Shown here one piece after another: positions 63,941 to 64,000 of a stretch of 64,000 bases of DNA. Made by a program: the position numbers and the translations under genes. Position 1 is the first letter of the stretch. The number at the start of each line of letters is the position of its first letter. Source of the DNA: an uncultured Chloroflexia bacterium (GTDB lineage Bacteria; Chloroflexota; Limnocylindria; Limnocylindrales; CSP1-4); the NCBI GenBank assembly GCA_963778645.1, contig CAVZVH010000019.1:87424-151423 (forward strand). The letters are read 5' to 3'. Below the pieces are notes generated by a model, which was given only the letters and a program-made list of their open reading frames with translations, was not told where the DNA came from and searched no databases.

Positions 63941-64000
63941 CCGAGCCAGGGCCGCCGGTGGAGGCGCCGATGCAGGCGGCGGCGCCAACGGTCCACTGGC
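63937..64000 (+). CDS. Start of next gene, truncated by the window
   Basis: ATGA overlap with the serS stop; open to the window end. Confidence 0.45.
   Translation, partial: MTEPGPPVEAPMQAAAPTVHW

Overview
Very GC-rich bacterial chromosome segment with about 58 genes. The gene repertoire (class I LysRS, greA, hppA, cyanophycin genes, many leaderless starts) suggests Chloroflexota or a similar high-GC lineage; this is an inference. Many conserved genes, mostly in the first ~23 kb, switch frame by single bases, which looks like long-read indel error rather than pseudogenisation, so several coordinates are reconstructed. Contents in order: AcuC deacetylase probably fused to a GNAT domain, plus DUF6062; a complete PTS-dependent dihydroxyacetone (DHA) kinase operon (dhaM, HPr, MIP channel, dhaK, dhaL, EI) facing a divergent operon of a second DhaL-like gene, a soluble histidine kinase and an OmpR-type regulator; an XRE-HTH/nuclease-fold gene with palindromic repeats; lhr-nei; a cyanophycin locus (cphB, cphA, CASTOR/POLLUX-like channel, and a CphA paralog lacking the ATP-grasp domain); azlCD, ggt, degV, gdh, panBC-coaBC-coaX, NCS2 permease, M16 peptidase, ndk, orphan NuoN-like pair with lepB, hppA, uppP, argR, greA, lysS (class I) and serS. 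Best novelty candidates: (1) a DhaL paralog missing the catalytic Arg, coupled to a two-component system, with 11-bp-period direct repeats upstream of the dha operon; (2) the ATP-grasp-less CphA; (3) two arrays of 17-bp palindromes; (4) the deacetylase-acetyltransferase fusion. No rRNA, tRNA, CRISPR array or transposase was recognised.
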